Assembly (NCBI GenBank): GCA_965204375.1
Contig: OZ241986.1
Coordinates: 3,776,001 to 3,840,000, forward strand
Direction of reading: 5' to 3'
Length of the DNA: 64,000 nucleotides
Origin: Candidatus Latescibacterota bacterium
GTDB lineage: Bacteria > Latescibacterota > UBA2968
In this document: piece by piece, positions 63,112-64,000 of the stretch
How positions within the stretch are numbered: position 1 is the first letter of the stretch
Layout of the letters: each line of letters opens with the position of its first letter
Translations under genes and position numbers: made by a program
The notes under the pieces: model-generated
What the model saw: only the letters and a program-made list of their open reading frames with translations
What the model was told of the DNA's origin: nothing
Database searches by the model: none

Positions 63112-63999
63112 TTAGTCCATCTGTTCCAAGAGCAGTTTCTCCCGCTCAATTTCTGCAATGAGTTCTTCTTCACTTGGCAGAATCAAGCGATACTTGGAAG
63201 CAAAAAGTTGTTCATTGTCTTTGAGCACCGAGAACTTAACAATAGTTTCGTCTTTGGAGGTGCAGAGAATCAATCCAACGATGGGGTTGTCGTCCTCGCC
63301 GCGTTTAAATTCGTCAAACATTCGGACATAGGTATCCATCTGCCCAATGTCCTGATGGGTCAATTGATCGGTTTTGAGATCAATTAACACAAAACACTTG
63401 AGCAAGTAATTATAGAACACCAGGTCAATATAAAAGTGATTGGTCTCCGTACTGATGCGGTATTGTCTGCCGACAAATGAAAACCCTTTACCAGTTTCGA
63501 GCAAAAACTGAGAGAGATTATTGATAATGGCGGTTTCCAAATCCTTTTCTTTCGGAGCAGTTTGATCTGGAAGTTGCAGAAATTCCAATACATAAGGGTC
63601 TTTGATGAATGACGGCAACCCGCTTTTGGGGGAATTGGCAGGAGACACAGTTTCTTCCATTGGCTGTTGCGAAGAAAGCAAGCGTTCGTAATAGAGGGTA
63701 TTGATGTTGCGTTGAAGTTGTCGGACGCTCCAACCTTGCTCCTTCGCTTCGCTACAATAATACGCCCGAGCTTTCGGATTTTTGACCCGCATGATCAAGC
63801 GCAGGTGACTCCAGCTTAATTCTCTACACATTGTGTAGAGAATTTCTTCATTGGGATAAGTCATGTAAAATTGGCGGAAATTCCACAAATTAGCATAAGA
63901 AAATCCTCGTCCAAATTCTTCTGTTAATATCTTCGATAAATTTTCGATGAGCCTCTTGCCGTATTCAGCTCTGGCTTTGCCGCTTTGTTCCTCTTCCAC
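63112..63999 (-). CDS. YhcG / DUF1016 PDDEXK nuclease domain protein, 5' end outside the window
   Basis: YGKRLI..LS, LSWSH, IKDPYVLEFL, GKGFSFVGRQ, IDLVFY, IDLK, DIGQMD.Y. Confidence 0.92.
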   Translation of the reverse strand: MEEEQSGKARAEYGKRLIENLSKILTEEFGRGFSYANLWNFRQFYMTYPNEEILYTMCRELSWSHLRLIMRVKNPKARAYYCSEAKEQGWSVRQLQRNINTLYYERLLSSQQPMEETVSPANSPKSGLPSFIKDPYVLEFLQLPDQTAPKEKDLETAIINNLSQFLLETGKGFSFVGRQYRISTETNHFYIDLVFYNYLLKCFVLIDLKTDQLTHQDIGQMDTYVRMFDEFKRGEDDNPIVGLILCTSKDETIVKFSVLKDNEQLFASKYRLILPSEEELIAEIEREKLLLEQMD

Positions 64000-64000
64000 A

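Overview
Bacterial chromosomal window with about 60 genes and no rRNA, tRNA or CRISPR array that I could recognise. A housekeeping and catabolic backbone (class III aminotransferase, chrA, icd, peptide ABC importer plus PhyH, CCA-adding enzyme, murA, rlmN, larC, GH95 fucosidase, CoA-transferase, helicase IV-like protein, clpP, sulfatase) is interrupted by three accessory regions. (1) 3551-13539 is a co-oriented RiPP-like peptide maturation and export cluster behind a sigma54-type promoter. It encodes a REC-AraC regulator, HlyD, a peptidase-less ABC exporter, a 136-aa leader-bearing precursor candidate, TPR and CPBP proteins, a GNAT, an S8 protease fused to a DUF1611-like P-loop domain, an acyl carrier protein and a BtrH-like gene with one in-frame TGA. 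It has no radical SAM, Lan or YcaO enzyme. (2) About 36100-42870 is a toxin-antitoxin island with a duplicated decayed antidote module, a HEPN pair and an AbiEi plus AbiEii-WYL-zinc-finger fusion. (3) About 55390-64000 is a repeat-delimited defence-like island: GxxExxY, orphan HTH antitoxins, a tightly coupled PIN / large helical protein / ASCH / REase-HEPN operon, a DUF6884-like gene and YhcG. Several short intergenic repeat families are present (GTAG REP-like hairpins, heptamer runs, CAGGAT and ATCTGCG repeats). All family assignments come from motif recognition by eye, not from database searches.
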